This document shows positions 39,151 to 53,036 of a stretch of DNA of 64,000 nt, one piece after another (positions within the stretch are counted from its first letter, which is position 1; every line of letters begins with the position of its first letter). A program made the position numbers and the translations under genes. The notes beneath the pieces are model-generated. The model did no database searches. It was given only the letters and a program-made list of their open reading frames with translations, and was not told the origin of the DNA. Source of the DNA: Octopus vulgaris (Eukaryota); NCBI GenBank assembly GCA_951406725.2, contig OX597818.1, positions 41,788,001 through 41,852,000 of the forward strand, read 5' to 3'.

Positions 39151-39428
39151 AAAATGTCGCTAGAAGCTAGGATCACCAAGCATAGATTGGCATATTTCGG
39201 TCATATTATGTGGAGAAAATCCCTGGAGAAGGACATCATGCTCAGAATGGTCAGTGGCAAGAGAGGAAGAGGCTGACCAAGAACCCGCTGGCTTGACACC
39301 ATCAAGAGGGATACTGGAATGGACATAGCCAATCTGAAAGAAGCGGCCCTGGATAAAACTGACTGGAGGACACTGATCCAATGAGTGACCGAGAGTCAAC
39401 TTCGACTGAGCGGATAGATAGATAGATA
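39151..39428 (+). mobile_element. RTE/BovB-like LINE 3' end, right arm of inverted pair
   Basis: SLEARITKHRLAYFGHIMWRKSLEKDIML.MVSGKRGRG, ending in (gata)n. Confidence 0.9.
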
Positions 39429-39514
39429 CAGTATTTATTTATTGTTTCCAGTATCAAATATCTTGCATTCTAACATGTTTGACATTTCCAATAGATATAG
39501 ATCCTATATTGATT

Positions 39515-39720
39515 TCAAATTTTGATGCAAGGCCAGCAATTTCGGTAGGGTGGGTAAGTCAATTGCATCAACTCCAGTGCTTGATGGCATTTATTTCTAC
39601 TCCAAAAGGATGAAAGGCAAAGTCAACCTCAGCAGATTTTGAACGCAGAATGTTAAGATGGATGAAGTGCCTCTAAGCATTTTACCCAGGGTGCTAACAA
39701 TTCTGCCACCTTGCTGCTTT
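39515..39720 (-). mobile_element. SINE family B, degraded
   Basis: Core aaaggatgaaaggcaaagtcaacctc. Confidence 0.7.
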
Positions 39721-40525
39721 ATTTTCCACTAGATATATTAATTTATATCTACAGTTTGAAATTGAAATTTTTCATTAACCTCAGAAACTATCTTCAGTGA
39801 GTTAATGTTAACCAAAATGTTCTTCTAGCCATACTCCTTTCTTTATCTGATCACCTTCCTTCTTTTTTTTTTCATTCACATATCTGTTTATTTAATTTAT
39901 TCTTTAGCATCATATTCAGATGAAAAAAAAACTTCAATGATAACTTTAATTTATTAACATTTCCATAGTAAACAGATGGCATCCTGACAGGTTAGTTATA
40001 ACTTACATGCTTCACTTACATCAAATACAGGATGTGATGAAGATGAGAAAAAAATACAAAACAGAAGATTGAGAAATAATGTTAGAAGTAATAAATTACA
40101 ATGAACGTTTAGATCTTAGAATGGAATGACAAAGAAAATTATTGCTCAGAATGAATACAGAGGATAAGTAAAGTGAAATATAGAAATACTATAATTTTTC
40201 ACTGAAAATTTACCATTAAAATAATAACCCTGTGGTGTTTTCACACTTTATTGTAAACCAAATAATTTTGTGTGTGTTGTTGTTATTTAGCAGAGTTTTA
40301 CTCAAAGGTGTTCCCATCTTGGCAATCTTTTTAGTATATTGAAGACTATATACTTTATACAATGTGTTGCTCCCTTACCCGAGGTGGTCGGGTATAATGT
40401 GAGTGAATTTTGCTGCTATTTCATGTAGATGAACAACCATATAAAGACTCAGTGTGGAGGTGTGAAATAAAGTGTAATATTTTAAATATGCTTAAAGTGT
40501 TATTATGTCATGTTGTAGAACAAAC

Positions 40526-42610
40526 CATCATCATCATCATCATCATCATCTTCTTCATTTAATGTCTGGCTTCTCTATTGGCATATGTTGGGATGGTTTA
40601 ACAGGATCTGATATGCTGTAGGACTGTGTTATACTTCAACAACTGCTTTGGTATGGTTTCTAGTGCTGGGTGTCCTTCCTAATGCCAACCACTTTATATA
40701 GATGATGAGCAAGGGCTAAGGAGACACCAGCACTAGTGAGCATTGCCTTGTAACTTGCAAAATTAAGGGCCTAAACTGTCCCCTATAATTAAGGGTGCAA
40801 TGACTTTGGATAGTAAGATGAGTGGAATGAACTTAAAGCTGTGATAAAGGGGTAATACAGAAAGCAACAATGTAGCAGTGTTGACACTAATTTGAAGGAG
40901 GGAGTGTGGCAGGGAAAAGAGAAGGGATTAATGTCAGGGGTTAATGAGAAAAAGGGGAGGACAAAGTAGAAAGATGAAAGGGTACATTATGTAGGTGGGG
41001 TCTAACGCTGTCCTATATCATAAAGTCAACTGAGGTCAGAAGGTGTAAGGGAAAGGGTATAGCAAGGGAACAGTAGACTAGGGTAGTGAAGAATACTGAG
41101 GGAGCCATTAAAGGAGAGCGGTTATGGGGGAGTCATGGGAGCTGGTAAGAAATGGGAAGGAGACATGGAGGTGAAGAAGCTGTGGGGAGAGGAAAAGGGA
41201 GAAAATGAGACAAGATGGAGGAGCAGTGTGTGACTGCAGTGAGAATAATAAAGGAAAGAGATACTGAAAGGTACTACAAAAGTAGAGAAAAGGGAAAAGC
41301 TGTGTGTAAATGCCATGAAAGCATGTCATTGATGGGGAGGCTGAGGAGAGAAGATGATGAGCAAGGGCCAAGGAGAGCATTAAGTGGGTGCAGTGAGTGC
41401 ATGAGAGAAAGAAAGCTAGGACACGTTCTAGAGATGTGATTGCTGTTAGTGAGATAAAGGCAAGAGGAGGAGGAATAGGAGTAATCTGGGAGAGAGTGCA
41501 CTGGTTGGTAGCACACCAGGACAAATATAACAAATGAAATGGAGATGAGTTATGAGTGAGGAAGAGACGGATGTCATGGAGTGTGATGACACAGAGTGGG
41601 GAGGTTGTAAGGTGAGGAGGCTGCAAGATGGGCTTTTTAGGGATCCACAATACACATGCATGCACACACACACACACACACAAACACACATTATGGCTTC
41701 TTAAACACTGCTGTTGTATTAGGTGCATTTTGCCTTTGGCGGACAGGTCTCCTGTAACACTGCATACTACCAGTCAGTATTATTTTTTGTCATCTTGTTC
41801 CTGCGATGCAGCATCTTCATGTCCATATTCCCCACATTGCCCCGAGTCTTATTTTCCATCTGTGTGTTCCACTAACTTTGAACACTTGACACTTTTGTAT
41901 GCAACAGCCATCCTCCATATGCATTCCATGTTCATCCCAGTGTAGCCTCCTTTATTGCACTCTACACCTGATTATTCTTATACCTATTTCTTTATTACCC
42001 ACAAGGGGCTAAACACAGAGGGGACAAACAAGGACAGACATAGGTATTAAGTCGATTACATCGACCCCAGTACGTAACTGGTACTTAATTTATCGACCCC
42101 AAAAGGATGAAAGGCAAAGTCGACCTCGGCGGAATTTGAACTCACAACGTAATGCAGACGAAATACCGCTAAGCATTTCACCCGGCGTGCTAATGTTTCT
42201 GCCAGCTCGCCACCTTGATTATTCTTATACCTGGTTTTTCTCTTAGTTCAGTTTTTCTCCTGCATTCGTGCACATTAACATTTCATATACTTTGGAGTAT
42301 GATGACTTTATTTCTTTTCAGTCATTTGCATTGAAGACCCATATCTTTCTACCATGCAACATTATTTTTCTAACACATTTGTCCTTCACTCTAAGGGAAA
42401 ATACCTTTGATACTAGCAGTGATAATAGCTCACTGAACTTTTTTCAGTCCATTCTTACCCTGGCTAATATACTTTCTGAGCCACCACTTACCCTGCTAAT
42501 TATGTTACCTAAATAACAGCTGTTAACTACTTTTGAACTATACAAACATTTAAGAGAATTTGTTTCTGGTGTTCTCACAGTATATATTGCTTCAGTGCAT
42601 CTGTTACATA
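40526..42610 (-). mobile_element. Degraded RTE LINE 3' part with long pyrimidine-rich 3' UTR
   Basis: (cat)n terminus at 40526; RT-tail fragments near 42250-42520 (YLGNIISRVSGGSESIIARVRMD, RVKDKC); split by a SINE at 41986-42215. Continuity across 40750-41800 is inferred. Confidence 0.6.
41986..42215 (-). mobile_element. SINE family B, full length, 17-bp TSD
   Basis: tgattattcttatacct at 41969-41985 and 42216-42232; tRNA-like head ggcgagctggcagaaac.ttagc, B-box-like gagttcaaattcc, CpGs retained. Confidence 0.93.
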
Positions 42611-43371
42611 TGAAGCTTATCTTCTCTGTTGCAAAATAAAGCCAGCTTTGATATAAAAAATTAAATATTATTAATTTGTACTACTCCCATGAGCAGAGAT
42701 TGCACAGCTCCCATGAGTAGATTCAACATCAATCATTACGTGTACCAAAGTAAAAAAATATATTGTATAGTCTTCAATTTTCCTCAACAATTCATAATAA
42801 AACCCTTCAAACTTGTTATAAATGCTAAGGTGCTAGGGTTTCATGCATACAATATAGTGAATTGAAAACCTTCAGCCAGTTGAGATTATCCAAGTAATTA
42901 GAAGACAAAACTCCCCTGGGGGTAGGATGGGTTAAAATCTAAAAAGCAACAAAAAGGGAGGTAACTCCTATAAAATCAGGTGGTAGAAACATCTGGAGAA
43001 TAAAGACGAGGTAGGTGGGAATAAATTTATTTTTAAAACCATCTGGTGAAAAAGCCTCAGAATCTGTTTATCACTTATGGTGACTACCTATCTATAACAT
43101 AGTTATAACTACATCTTAAAGCTGCCACTCCTCAATATCCCTAATATGTTTTGCCCTAAATACTTTATCAAGTTCTTCCTATCCCTGGTTGTACCTTCAT
43201 AACCCCTCCTTTACTAACATTTCTTCCACAAGCTCAAGCTTACAGAAGTTTAAACTGCATATTAACTACCTTTTTTTTGCCTCTAGAATGCAATATGAAT
43301 GAAAAATGCAATATACAAAATTAAGCAAATAATAAAATGATTCAAAATGCAAAAAATATATATATAGGTAT

Positions 43372-43537
43372 AGGAGTGGCTGTGTGGTAAGTAGCTTGCT
43401 TACCAACCACATGGTTCTGGGTTTAGTCCCACTGTGTGGCACATTGGGCAAGTGTCTTCTACTATAGCCTCGGGCCAACCAAAGCCTTGTGAGTGGATTT
43501 GGTAGACGGAAACTGAAAGAAGCCCATCGTATATATG

Positions 43538-43581
<44 letters not shown>

Positions 43582-43790
43582 TTGTGTGTCTGTGTTTGTC
43601 TCCCCAACATCGCTTGACAACCGATGCTGGTGTGTTTACATCCTCGTAACTTTGTGGTTCGGCAAAAGAGACTGATAGAAAAAGTACTAGGCTTACAAAG
43701 AAAAAGTCCTGGGTCGATTTACTCGACAAAAGGCGGTGCTCCAGCATGGCCACAGTCAAATGACTGAAACAAGTAAAAGAGTAAAAGAGT
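43372..43790 (+). mobile_element. SINE family A, full length
   Basis: Head, central (TA)n and tail aagtaaaagagtaaaagag. Confidence 0.9.
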
Positions 43791-46559
43791 ATATACATAT
43801 ATAAAAGTGGCGAGAAACATAGAGGAGATACTGAAGTGAATATCATAATTTTGAATGAATTACAGAAAATATGATTTTTTAATAAAGTCTCATTGAGAAG
43901 AAATTAGTTGATGGAAATAGAATTTTAAAATATATATATAAAGAGAAAAAGATAATTAATGATAATATTTGCAATCCTGAAATATCTTGGTTAAGTTGTG
44001 TTTTAATAGAGAAAAAACCCTCGCATTAATGTTACAGAAATTTCATTCCTATTTTCTGATTTCAATCTCATTTCTCAAATCAGCACTGACCCAAGAGAGA
44101 GACTCTTAGAAAAATATCTTGTTTCATTTATTTATTCTTCACCTTTTTATGACTTTGTTTGTCAGAGAAGTACTACAAATGCTCTGAAAGGTTCTGGAAA
44201 AAAGTATCATGTCAATTCTTATTATTCTACACATTTTATCGGTTTGTTGATCTGAAAAGTCAGTTTTTCACATAAGTGTTCAGTTACTATGTAAACAAAA
44301 TCAGTAGGAAACAGTCACGTGACATTATTCATAATATTGAACAGGGAGAGCATAACAAAAACTATAATTTGGGATGAATGTATGCATTAGCAAAAAGAAA
44401 TATCAGTAGAAAAATAAAGAATAAGATACTATGGTTATGGTAGAAGGAAAATAAAAGCAGATTGCAAGCTCAGGCTAAAAATAAATCGTTAGAGAATGAG
44501 AGAGAAAGGTTTGAGAAGTATAGAGGTAGAAAGAAGAAAGAGTAAAAAGTTTAATTGAAGAATAGTAATAAAAGCAGAATAAAAATGATTTTTATGAATG
44601 GAAATTGGATGCTAAATATAAAAAGAAATATGATAATATAAAATAAGGATTGAAAAATTGAATGTAGGAGACAAATTGAAGGAAATAATGATAAAAAAAA
44701 ATTCTCTCAAAGAATTAAAGAAACTAAATATAGTTTGGGTGAGCAAAATTAATAAAAATTATGAGAAAGAGGTGAAAGCTTAAAAAAATTTGAACCAAGA
44801 TTAGATAATACTAAAAAGAAAACCCAAAAAAAAAAAAAAAAAGCAAAGCAAGACAAAAAATGGTACATCGAAAGAAAGAGAAGATAAAATGTATCCAAAT
44901 GCTTATGAAATTGAACATAAAAGAATGGAAATAATACTGAAGGAAGTAATGGTGGGAAATATTTTCAATAATTTTGGATGCTGTTCAGAATTAACCAGAA
45001 CCACCCCTTGAAAAGGGTGGGTCTTGTTAATAAAAGTAACAACAAACAAAATAAAATTTATGTTAGAGAAAAATTTGTTTTGAATCAGAACATAATACAA
45101 ATAATTGATCATTTAATCATTTAATACTTACAGGCTTACCTTTCTATCTATTTGAAGTTATCAAAGCTATATCATGTTGTATAGCATAATATTAGTTTTG
45201 TTGATAAACTAATTTGTTCACAATATTTGATAATATATCACTGTTAACTTCTCTATTCTTATCTGATTATTCCAGACCTCTACGGTTCATTGAGAGGTTA
45301 AAGAGAATATTTTACTATATAATTTGTAGTATCATTTGGGTAGTTTCATAGTATATCCCAAAATGCTTACCTATAATGTTAGTGTTAGGACTGAAAATTT
45401 CTATATATGTGCTTCTATATTTTACACTGTTTCAGTCAGTCCATTTTTTTTTTTTATTTCTCATGTATCCCATTGGATGTTGAAAATGCATTTGCTTGTG
45501 TTACTAAGTTTTTCAAGACTATTGGTGGTAATTAAATAACAACAACAACAAAAAAAAACTATATATCCATACACTAATACATTACTCAGTCACTCTTTCT
45601 AATCCTCTGCCCTATTCTCTTATACTCACCTCCTTGTATCTTGAAGGTATATTCTGATAACTCATCACTATCTTCATTGTTCTTGCCAGCTACTCCCGCC
45701 CAGGCATATATAACACAGGGTAGCCATGCATTTCTTTTATGGCAAGGTACCTGTTCCTATCACTTTAATCATACTTTAATCATACTTTAACTTCTCAGCA
45801 CTTGGTATAAAGCCACTTCCTCCTCTACTACATACCCCAAACAGTCAAGGGGGTGTTTTCATCTGGTGATTTCATTTGCTGGCCTTACTAGTGCTGGTGC
45901 CACAAAAAAAGACACTCAGTTCCTTCTGTAAAGTAGTTGGTATTAGGAAAAGCATCCAGCCATAGAAACCAAGTCAAAGAAGACACTGGAGCTCAATGCA
46001 GTTCACTGGCTCATTGAATCCTGTCTAACAGTCAAACCCATGACAGCATGGAAGACAGACATCTGAAGTTTGCCCAAAAAGAAACCAAACTTTTGAAACT
46101 ATATGCATACCAGTTCTGCCTGCATGCTTGTAACCATAGTGCTGTGTATGAGATGACCTTAATCCTTCAGTCTAATAATAAGTCACACTTTTTCCATGCA
46201 GTATTCTACAGTTTGATGCCCTTCTTGATGTCCTCTCATACTTGTCTCCATGTCTGTACATGACTGAATGAGCTGCTGGGCATTTTGTTTATGTGGGACA
46301 CAAGTAACTTCACCATTGCTGAAGCTATGCCAATGTGAAGGTATATGGAGATGAGCACACACACACACACTCTCTCTCCCTCTCCATACAATTTCCTACG
46401 ACCAAATTTTGCTAATACAGCATTAGTTAGCTTGAAACTATAACACATAACTCTTGTCTAAGGTGCCATACAGTGGGAATGATTAGGAACTGAGCTTCTT
46501 ACTCACACAACTGTGTCAGCAGGAGAAAGTGCAATCCCCAAACTGGGAATTGTAATTAG

Positions 46560-46900
46560 AAATGACACACCATTCCATGTATATCTCACAAAAGTGGCAT
46601 AACATACTGACAGCTGGAAGGACAGATCATGGAAACATTCAGAATAAGAACATAAGAGGTCATGCTGGTTTTGTGCGAGATATTTGTCAGACATTTGGAT
46701 TATTGTTTCCATCCTTGGCTGGTAAATTGTACTAAGTTCACTACTAAATTTATATTTGAAGCTAAACTATGGGGAAAAGATGAAAGCTTTCAGATTATAT
46801 TCTTGAGAATGGAAAAAGAAGAAAAATATGGTAAATTACATCTAGAAGCTACATTTATCTTTTGTACTATTTTTGATTTTCTAGGATGTAAATTTCTATA
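46560..46900 (+). mobile_element. Very old CR1/L2 LINE 3' remnant
   Basis: VMLVLCEIFVRHLDYCFHPW resembles the CR1/L2 motif L.LY..LVRPHLEYC...W. Confidence 0.45.
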
Positions 46901-47624
46901 AAGTACAGAGAAACTTAGAAGATATTATCATTTAGCTACGCTCCACCACCAGAGTAATGGAAGAAAATATGTCTTGTTCCTTCATTCTGGATAGAAATTC
47001 AGTGTATTTGCTTTTGTCTATCTTTATATCATTTCTCTTTTCTTTGCTCATTCTCCTTAAACATATATTGTTTATTTTATTCTTTTTTTTCCTCTTTTCC
47101 AACAGCAAATGTTTATGTATCTTTTTTTTCCTCTATTACAATCCTAGAATTATCTTGCAAATAAATAGTTACCACCTTCATGACTAGCCTATCTAATTAC
47201 TATACCTTTAACTCCGAACTTAATTTGCCTCTTGTTTGTTAGCAAACTATGTCATAACATGTTAAGTCCACCTACAGCAATATCAAACTGCTCAATTAAC
47301 TTAATACTTTTTGTTTAAATGTTTTCCTTTTTACTTTCTCTTTTTCTTTGTTTCTGCAGTTTACTATGGAAATATATGTCATTTTATACTATTGTTGCAC
47401 TGTAACAACTATTGCTTGACCTTTTCTACCTCCCATCAGTGCTTTTATTTTTATATTAACTGTCTCAAAAGATTGTACATGTTAATGTTTGGCTACTTAT
47501 TTTAGTAACTTATTTTATATACTGATCTTCCCACTGGAATGATTTAATATTTCCTTTAATAGAAATCTAATTAATTAGTAATCATTTAATGAAACTAATC
47601 TAAATGTGTAATAATCATTATGTA

Positions 47625-48020
47625 GGTCCAGGAACGGCTGCGTGGTAAGTAGCTTGCTACCCAACTACATGGTTCCGGGTTCAGTCCCACTGCATGACAC
47701 TGGGCAAGTGTCTTCTACTATAGCCTTGGGCCGACCAAAGCCTTGTGAGTGGATTTGGTAGATGGAAACTGAAAGAAACCCGTCGTATATATATATATAC
47801 ATATGTGTGTGTTTGTGTGTCTTTTTGTCCCCCCAACATCTCTTGACAACCAATGCTGGCATGTTTACATCCCTGTAACTTAGTGGTTCGGCAAAAGAGA
47901 CCAATAGAATAAGTACTAGGCTTACAAAGAATAAGTCCTGGGGTCGATTTGCTCGACTTAAGGCGGTGCTCCAACATGGCCACAGTCAAATGACTGAAAC
48001 AAGTAAAAGAGTAAAAGAGT
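47625..48020 (+). mobile_element. SINE family A, full length
   Basis: Closely matches 43372-43790. Confidence 0.9.
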
Positions 48021-48071
48021 ATTATTGCCATCATCATCATCATTGTCAATTCTGTCATCACCATTGTTTAA

Positions 48072-48282
48072 CCTTTTAGCATTTAAACCAGCCCAAATAT
48101 TCTATCTGTTGTATGTTCAAACTAAACCAGATCTGGCTTCTCACATTAACCCCACAATTCCATTCTAAAAATAAACAATCACATCATTGAAATCTCAAAG
48201 CTACAAGATAATGCATAATTAACTCAAAACAATGTAAATAAACAAGCCTTACATTTGACAGAGTAATCTGAATACTAAGGAG
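48072..48282. mobile_element. piggyBac-type MITE, degraded second copy
   Basis: Starts TTAA|CCTTTTAG; the interior is the reverse complement of 35619-35837. Confidence 0.75.
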
Positions 48283-48852
48283 TCAATGTGGTGACATGGA
48301 AAATAATTGTATGAAATGGAATACCAAGCAATATTTAGCTTCAGTTCTATATTCTGTGTTCAAACTTTACCATTCATCCGTCCCTCCAAGAGAAATATTT
48401 ACTAGGCATATGCTAGGGAAGGTTTAGTTGGATATACATTCTCCCAATAAATTTATAACTTTCCTGTGTGAGCACAAATCTAAAATCTATATAATGATAC
48501 TGAGTGAGGACCATATCTTTAAAACTACAACAAAGAACTGAAGCCAGAAAATGAAGCTACATCACACAAATGACTTGCTTAGCATATAACTGTGATACAA
48601 CAATATACTTTTTAATGTTGCTGTTCAATCTCAGGCTAGCTCTGCTTAGCAGATTACAATCACTGATGAAAATCAAAAATATTCCTGCCATGACCCTCCT
48701 ATCTAATTCATTTGTAGTACCCCCAGAACCATGTTACTTAATACATCATTTGCTTTTTAAACGCGTAGGTTGAGATAAGATTTGAAAGAGATTTGGCTAC
48801 TATTTCTAGCAGGTTGGACAAATACACTGTGGTCTCCTATGCTGGGTTATTG

Positions 48853-49270
48853 TAGCACACTGGGCCAAATGCGTAGCCGTATTTCGTCTGTCGTTACGTT
48901 GTGAGTTCAAATTCCGCCGAGGTCGACTTTGCCTTTCATCCTTTCAGGGTCGATTAAATAAGTACCAGTTACGCACTGGGGTCGACATAATCGACTTAAT
49001 AACTATGTCTGTCCTTGTTTGTCCCCTCTGTGTTTAGCCCCTTGTGGGTAATAAAGAAATAGGTATTAAGGCAGCAAGGTGGCAAAATCATTAGCACGTC
49101 AGGCAAAAGGCTTAGTGACATTTTGTCCATCTTGACATTCTGAGTTCAAATTCCACTGAGGTCAATTTTGCCTTCATCCTTTCAAGGTCAGTAAATTAAG
49201 TACTAGTTGAGCTTTGGGGTCAATGTAATTGGTTTACCTCTTTTTCCAAAATTGCTGGCCTTGTACCAAT
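48853..49270 (+). mobile_element. Two tandem SINE family B copies
   Basis: A young copy at ~48853-49066 followed by an older copy from ~49068. Confidence 0.85.
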
Positions 49271-49696
49271 CAAACCCAATATGACATAGCATTTGCTGAA
49301 ATACAGCACCTTGTTATTGATAATCTAAGTTTGAAATCCAAAATAGATTCCTAATAAAAATACTTCATTTATATATTTATGACACTTACATAAAAGAAAA
49401 GTATCATGGCTTCTTTTCCTTCTTAATTGGCAATTTGATCAATTTAAAAAAAAAAAAAAAATTGTTTTGAGGGTTTTCAAGATAAGAATATCTTCCTGTT
49501 ATTTTATTTATTTATTTGTTTGTTTGTTTGTTTTAGTAGTCTTTCAAGGTTGTCACTACTTGAATAGTGTCACAAAACGATTTTGCTGTCTTAGCTTGTA
49601 ATATATTCAAAGATGCTGGTGGGGTGTAATAACACTATTCTACTTCAATCTAGGTCATTTTAGAAGTAAGCTAATCAATAATTTCTAGAACTGGTA

Positions 49697-49775
49697 CAAT
49701 ACATACATACATACACACACACGTATAATATATAGATATATATATGTACGCATACATACATGTGTATGTATGAAC

Positions 49776-49833
<58 letters not shown>

Positions 49834-49866
49834 CATACATACATACATACATACATACGTATATAC

Positions 49867-49901
<35 letters not shown>

Positions 49902-49960
49902 TGTATGTATGTATGTATGTATGTATGTATGTATGTATGTATGTATGTATATACATATAT
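49697..49960. repeat. Compound (TACA)n...(TATG)n microsatellite, self-complementary
   Basis: Seen directly. Confidence 0.93.
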
Positions 49961-50229
49961 GGCCAAAAGTAACTCGACAGTTAATCAAAATTTCATAAAT
50001 ACCATCTGTAATTCTGTATTGACTGGAATAGAAAAATGTGTCGCTCAAGAAGGACTTCAGTTTGAACAATTTTCATGAGATTTCATATTTAGATGCTTCT
50101 ATTAAATTCATTCAGTTCTTAAACATAAATAAATCTTGGAATTAAATGGTTTTGATTTACTGTCAGGTGACTTTTGGCCAAACCTGTACATGTATGTACA
50201 CACCACAGACATACATGCATGTGTATGTA

Positions 50230-50700
50230 TGTAACAATATTGCAGTACTACAGTATTGACCAAACCATCAGATGGTGTTATACACCACTGGTTACAATGC
50301 ACTCCCAGTTTTGTCTTAATTGTGCCATTCTTTTCCATCTTGACCCAAATCATCTTCCTAGCATCATGGAGGCCTTCCAAGTGGCCTTTTCCAATCTCTT
50401 GGATACCACTCAGCAACTGCACAAGTCCACCTGTTGTCTGTGAACCTTGCAACATGTTTGACTCAGCAGAACTAGTGCTGTTGGTACTCTGTGATCACAT
50501 CATTCACTCTGCTCTATTCTTGAATTATCTAATTTTGTATGTGCTCTCTCAGGAATATTCTTAACATGGATCTTTCCATGGTCCTTTTCATGGCATTGTA
50601 GCCAATTGATGTTCTGTCCTCTTCATAGTAGCCCACATCTCACTTGCTTATAGGAGTACATGTAGGATGGTACTGTTGAAGAGTCTGGTATGTATGGTAT
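50230..50700 (-). mobile_element. Degraded RTE LINE 3' fragment
   Basis: Minus-strand remnants of the RTE C-terminus (ILHVLL...SEMWATMK, HVAR...GK.KRPLGRPP). Split by the SINE at 50709. Confidence 0.5.
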
Positions 50701-50708
50701 TGTCTAGC

Positions 50709-50936
50709 GGCAAGCTGGCAGAAACGTTAGCACGCCGGGCGAAATGTGTAGTCGTATTTCGTCTGCCTCTACGTTCTGAGTTCAAATTCCGCCAAGGTCG
50801 ACTTTGCCTTTCATCCTTTCAGGGTCGATTAAATAAGTACCAGTTATGCACTGGGGTCGATATAATTGACTTAATCCATTTGTCTGTCCTTGTTTGTCCC
50901 CTCTGTGTGTAGCCCCTTGTGGGCAGTAAAGAAATA
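50709..50936 (+). mobile_element. SINE family B, full length, 13-bp TSD
   Basis: ggtattgtctagc at 50696-50708 and 50937-50949. Confidence 0.92.
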
Positions 50937-52641
50937 GGTATTGTCTAGCTTTGTTTGTGTGTGTATGTGTGTGTAATTATTATCATCATCGTCATTTAAC
51001 ATCCGCCTTCCATGCTATATATGTGTGTTTATACATATGTATGTATGTGAAAGTGAGTGTGTATGTATTTGTGTCTCTTTGTCTTGACATTGCATGATAG
51101 TTGTAAATGAATGTCTCTGTCATATAAGCAGTGTCCTTCCTTTCCTATATTCTGTGAAAACATGTCTGGCTATGGGGAAGTGGAAATATCATCTTGCTTC
51201 AAGAGAGATGAGGGTTGATGACATGATAGGCATCTGGCTATAGAAAAATCTGTTTCAATATAGTCTGTCTGACCTATGCAAGCATGGAAAAGTGGACTTT
51301 AAAATGATAATGAATACAATGAGGATATTGTGTGTGTATGTGTGTGTGTGTGTGTGTGTGTTTGGAATAGTTTATATCTGTACTGCAAGAAAATTAACTC
51401 TCTAGGCAATCTTATTTCAATCACTACTAATCCCATAACAATAGATATAGACTCGTATCTTTGCTAAAATGATAAAATTGTTGTCTTCTGGGTTGCAAAC
51501 AGCCAATCAGACATTTTATGGTTATTTACAGATTAATTTTTGTTTTTTCCTTTTCTAAGTATTTTTGCATCTTTAAAATATTACAACTTGTTTTCAGTAG
51601 CCAAAAAACTCTGTTGAATATTCCTACCAATTATCTTGCACCAATGATAATTTTCTTCTTTAAAATTGCTGCAGTTTTAAATAGTTAAAGTGTTTACCAA
51701 CAAAGAAATGTTTCTGATTTTATTTTATTAATTAAAAGGTAACTAGAAATAACCTCCCTACCATCAAGTGAAATGATCCTCCTTGAGATCTTAAACTACT
51801 TCATCAAATTAATCCATCAAGCATATATAACTTTGAACTCCTCATCATTATCGTTTTAATGTCCCCTTTTCTATGCCTTCATGGGTCAGTTGGAACTTTT
51901 TGGGGTAGATTTTCTACAGTTGGGTTCCTCTTCATGTTTCCAATGCTCATGTATTTCTGAATAGGGTAATTTTTTCTCATTGCTAGACATGTTTTCTGCA
52001 GAAGATTGGAAATGAATGACACTGCTTTATGATGGTTTCACTAATTTTCAGAATCATTACATGATGCCAAGACACCACCACTACTACACATATATATACT
52101 CTCACACACACATGCAGATACACACACAAACTCACATTCATACAATATGCTTCTTCCAGTTTCTGTCTAGCTGGTACTCTGTCAGTTATGACAACAACGA
52201 GGGTTCTAGTTGATCTGATCAATGGAACAGCCTGCTCATGAAATTAACATGCAAGTGGTTGAGTACTCTACAGACATAATTTTCGGGGAGAAAGTGTCTT
52301 GTTCAAGGACACAGCATGTTGCCAGTAATCAAACTCTCAGCCTTATGACCATGAGCTGAATCTGCTTACAAGGTTTTGGTAAGCCTACAGCTACAGTTGA
52401 AGGCACTTTCCCAATGTGTCACACAATGGGACTGAACCCAAAACTACATGGTTAGAAAGTGAATTTAACTGTACAGCCATGCCTACTCCTATATGTACAA
52501 ATAGATTTATTTCTAAGTCAATGGAAGAGCCAAACCTCTATGTAGTCATACAATCTGTTATAAAAAAAAAAAACACAACTAAATCTCCCTCTTAAAAAGA
52601 GAAGGCTACTTTTAACTGAGAAGAAAGACTTTATATGTAGA

Positions 52642-53036
52642 CTAGCAGTATCGCCCGGCGTTGCTCGGATTTGTAAGGGAAATAACTATATAAGCATTTT
52701 TAGAGAGTTATAGCCAAAAAATAGCAAAAAAATGCATTAAAAATGGAAAAAAAATTATGGTAAATTTTTTTAAATCGTTGACTCATCGTAGACATTTTTA
52801 GATAGTTACTTCCCTTATATAATAGCGAAAAAAATGCATTAAAATGGAAAAAAATGATGGTAAATTATTTTTAAAATCGTAGACTCATCGTAGACGCGTG
52901 CTAATACCCAGAAGGGCTCGATATGAATCACGACTATAAGATACCCGGTTTTGGTTAAACTGCACCACAAAATGTGGGAGTAGTTAGGAATCTAAATCGT
53001 AGGAGAGACACACAACTTCTCTTTTATATATAAAGA
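52642..53036 (-). mobile_element. Non-autonomous Helitron, copy 3
   Basis: Plus strand a|ctagcagtatcgcccggcgttgctcgg is the reverse complement of the Helitron 3' end; A|TC start at 53036. Confidence 0.9.

Noticed and set aside
41108-41728. 206-aa minus-strand ORF
   Set aside because: Low-complexity pyrimidine-rich sequence, probably a LINE 3' UTR, with no domain-like features.
43372-43445. tRNA genes at SINE heads (also 9503, 42215, 50709)
   Set aside because: A/B-box-like motifs are present but there is no cloverleaf. They continue into SINE bodies, several with TSDs.
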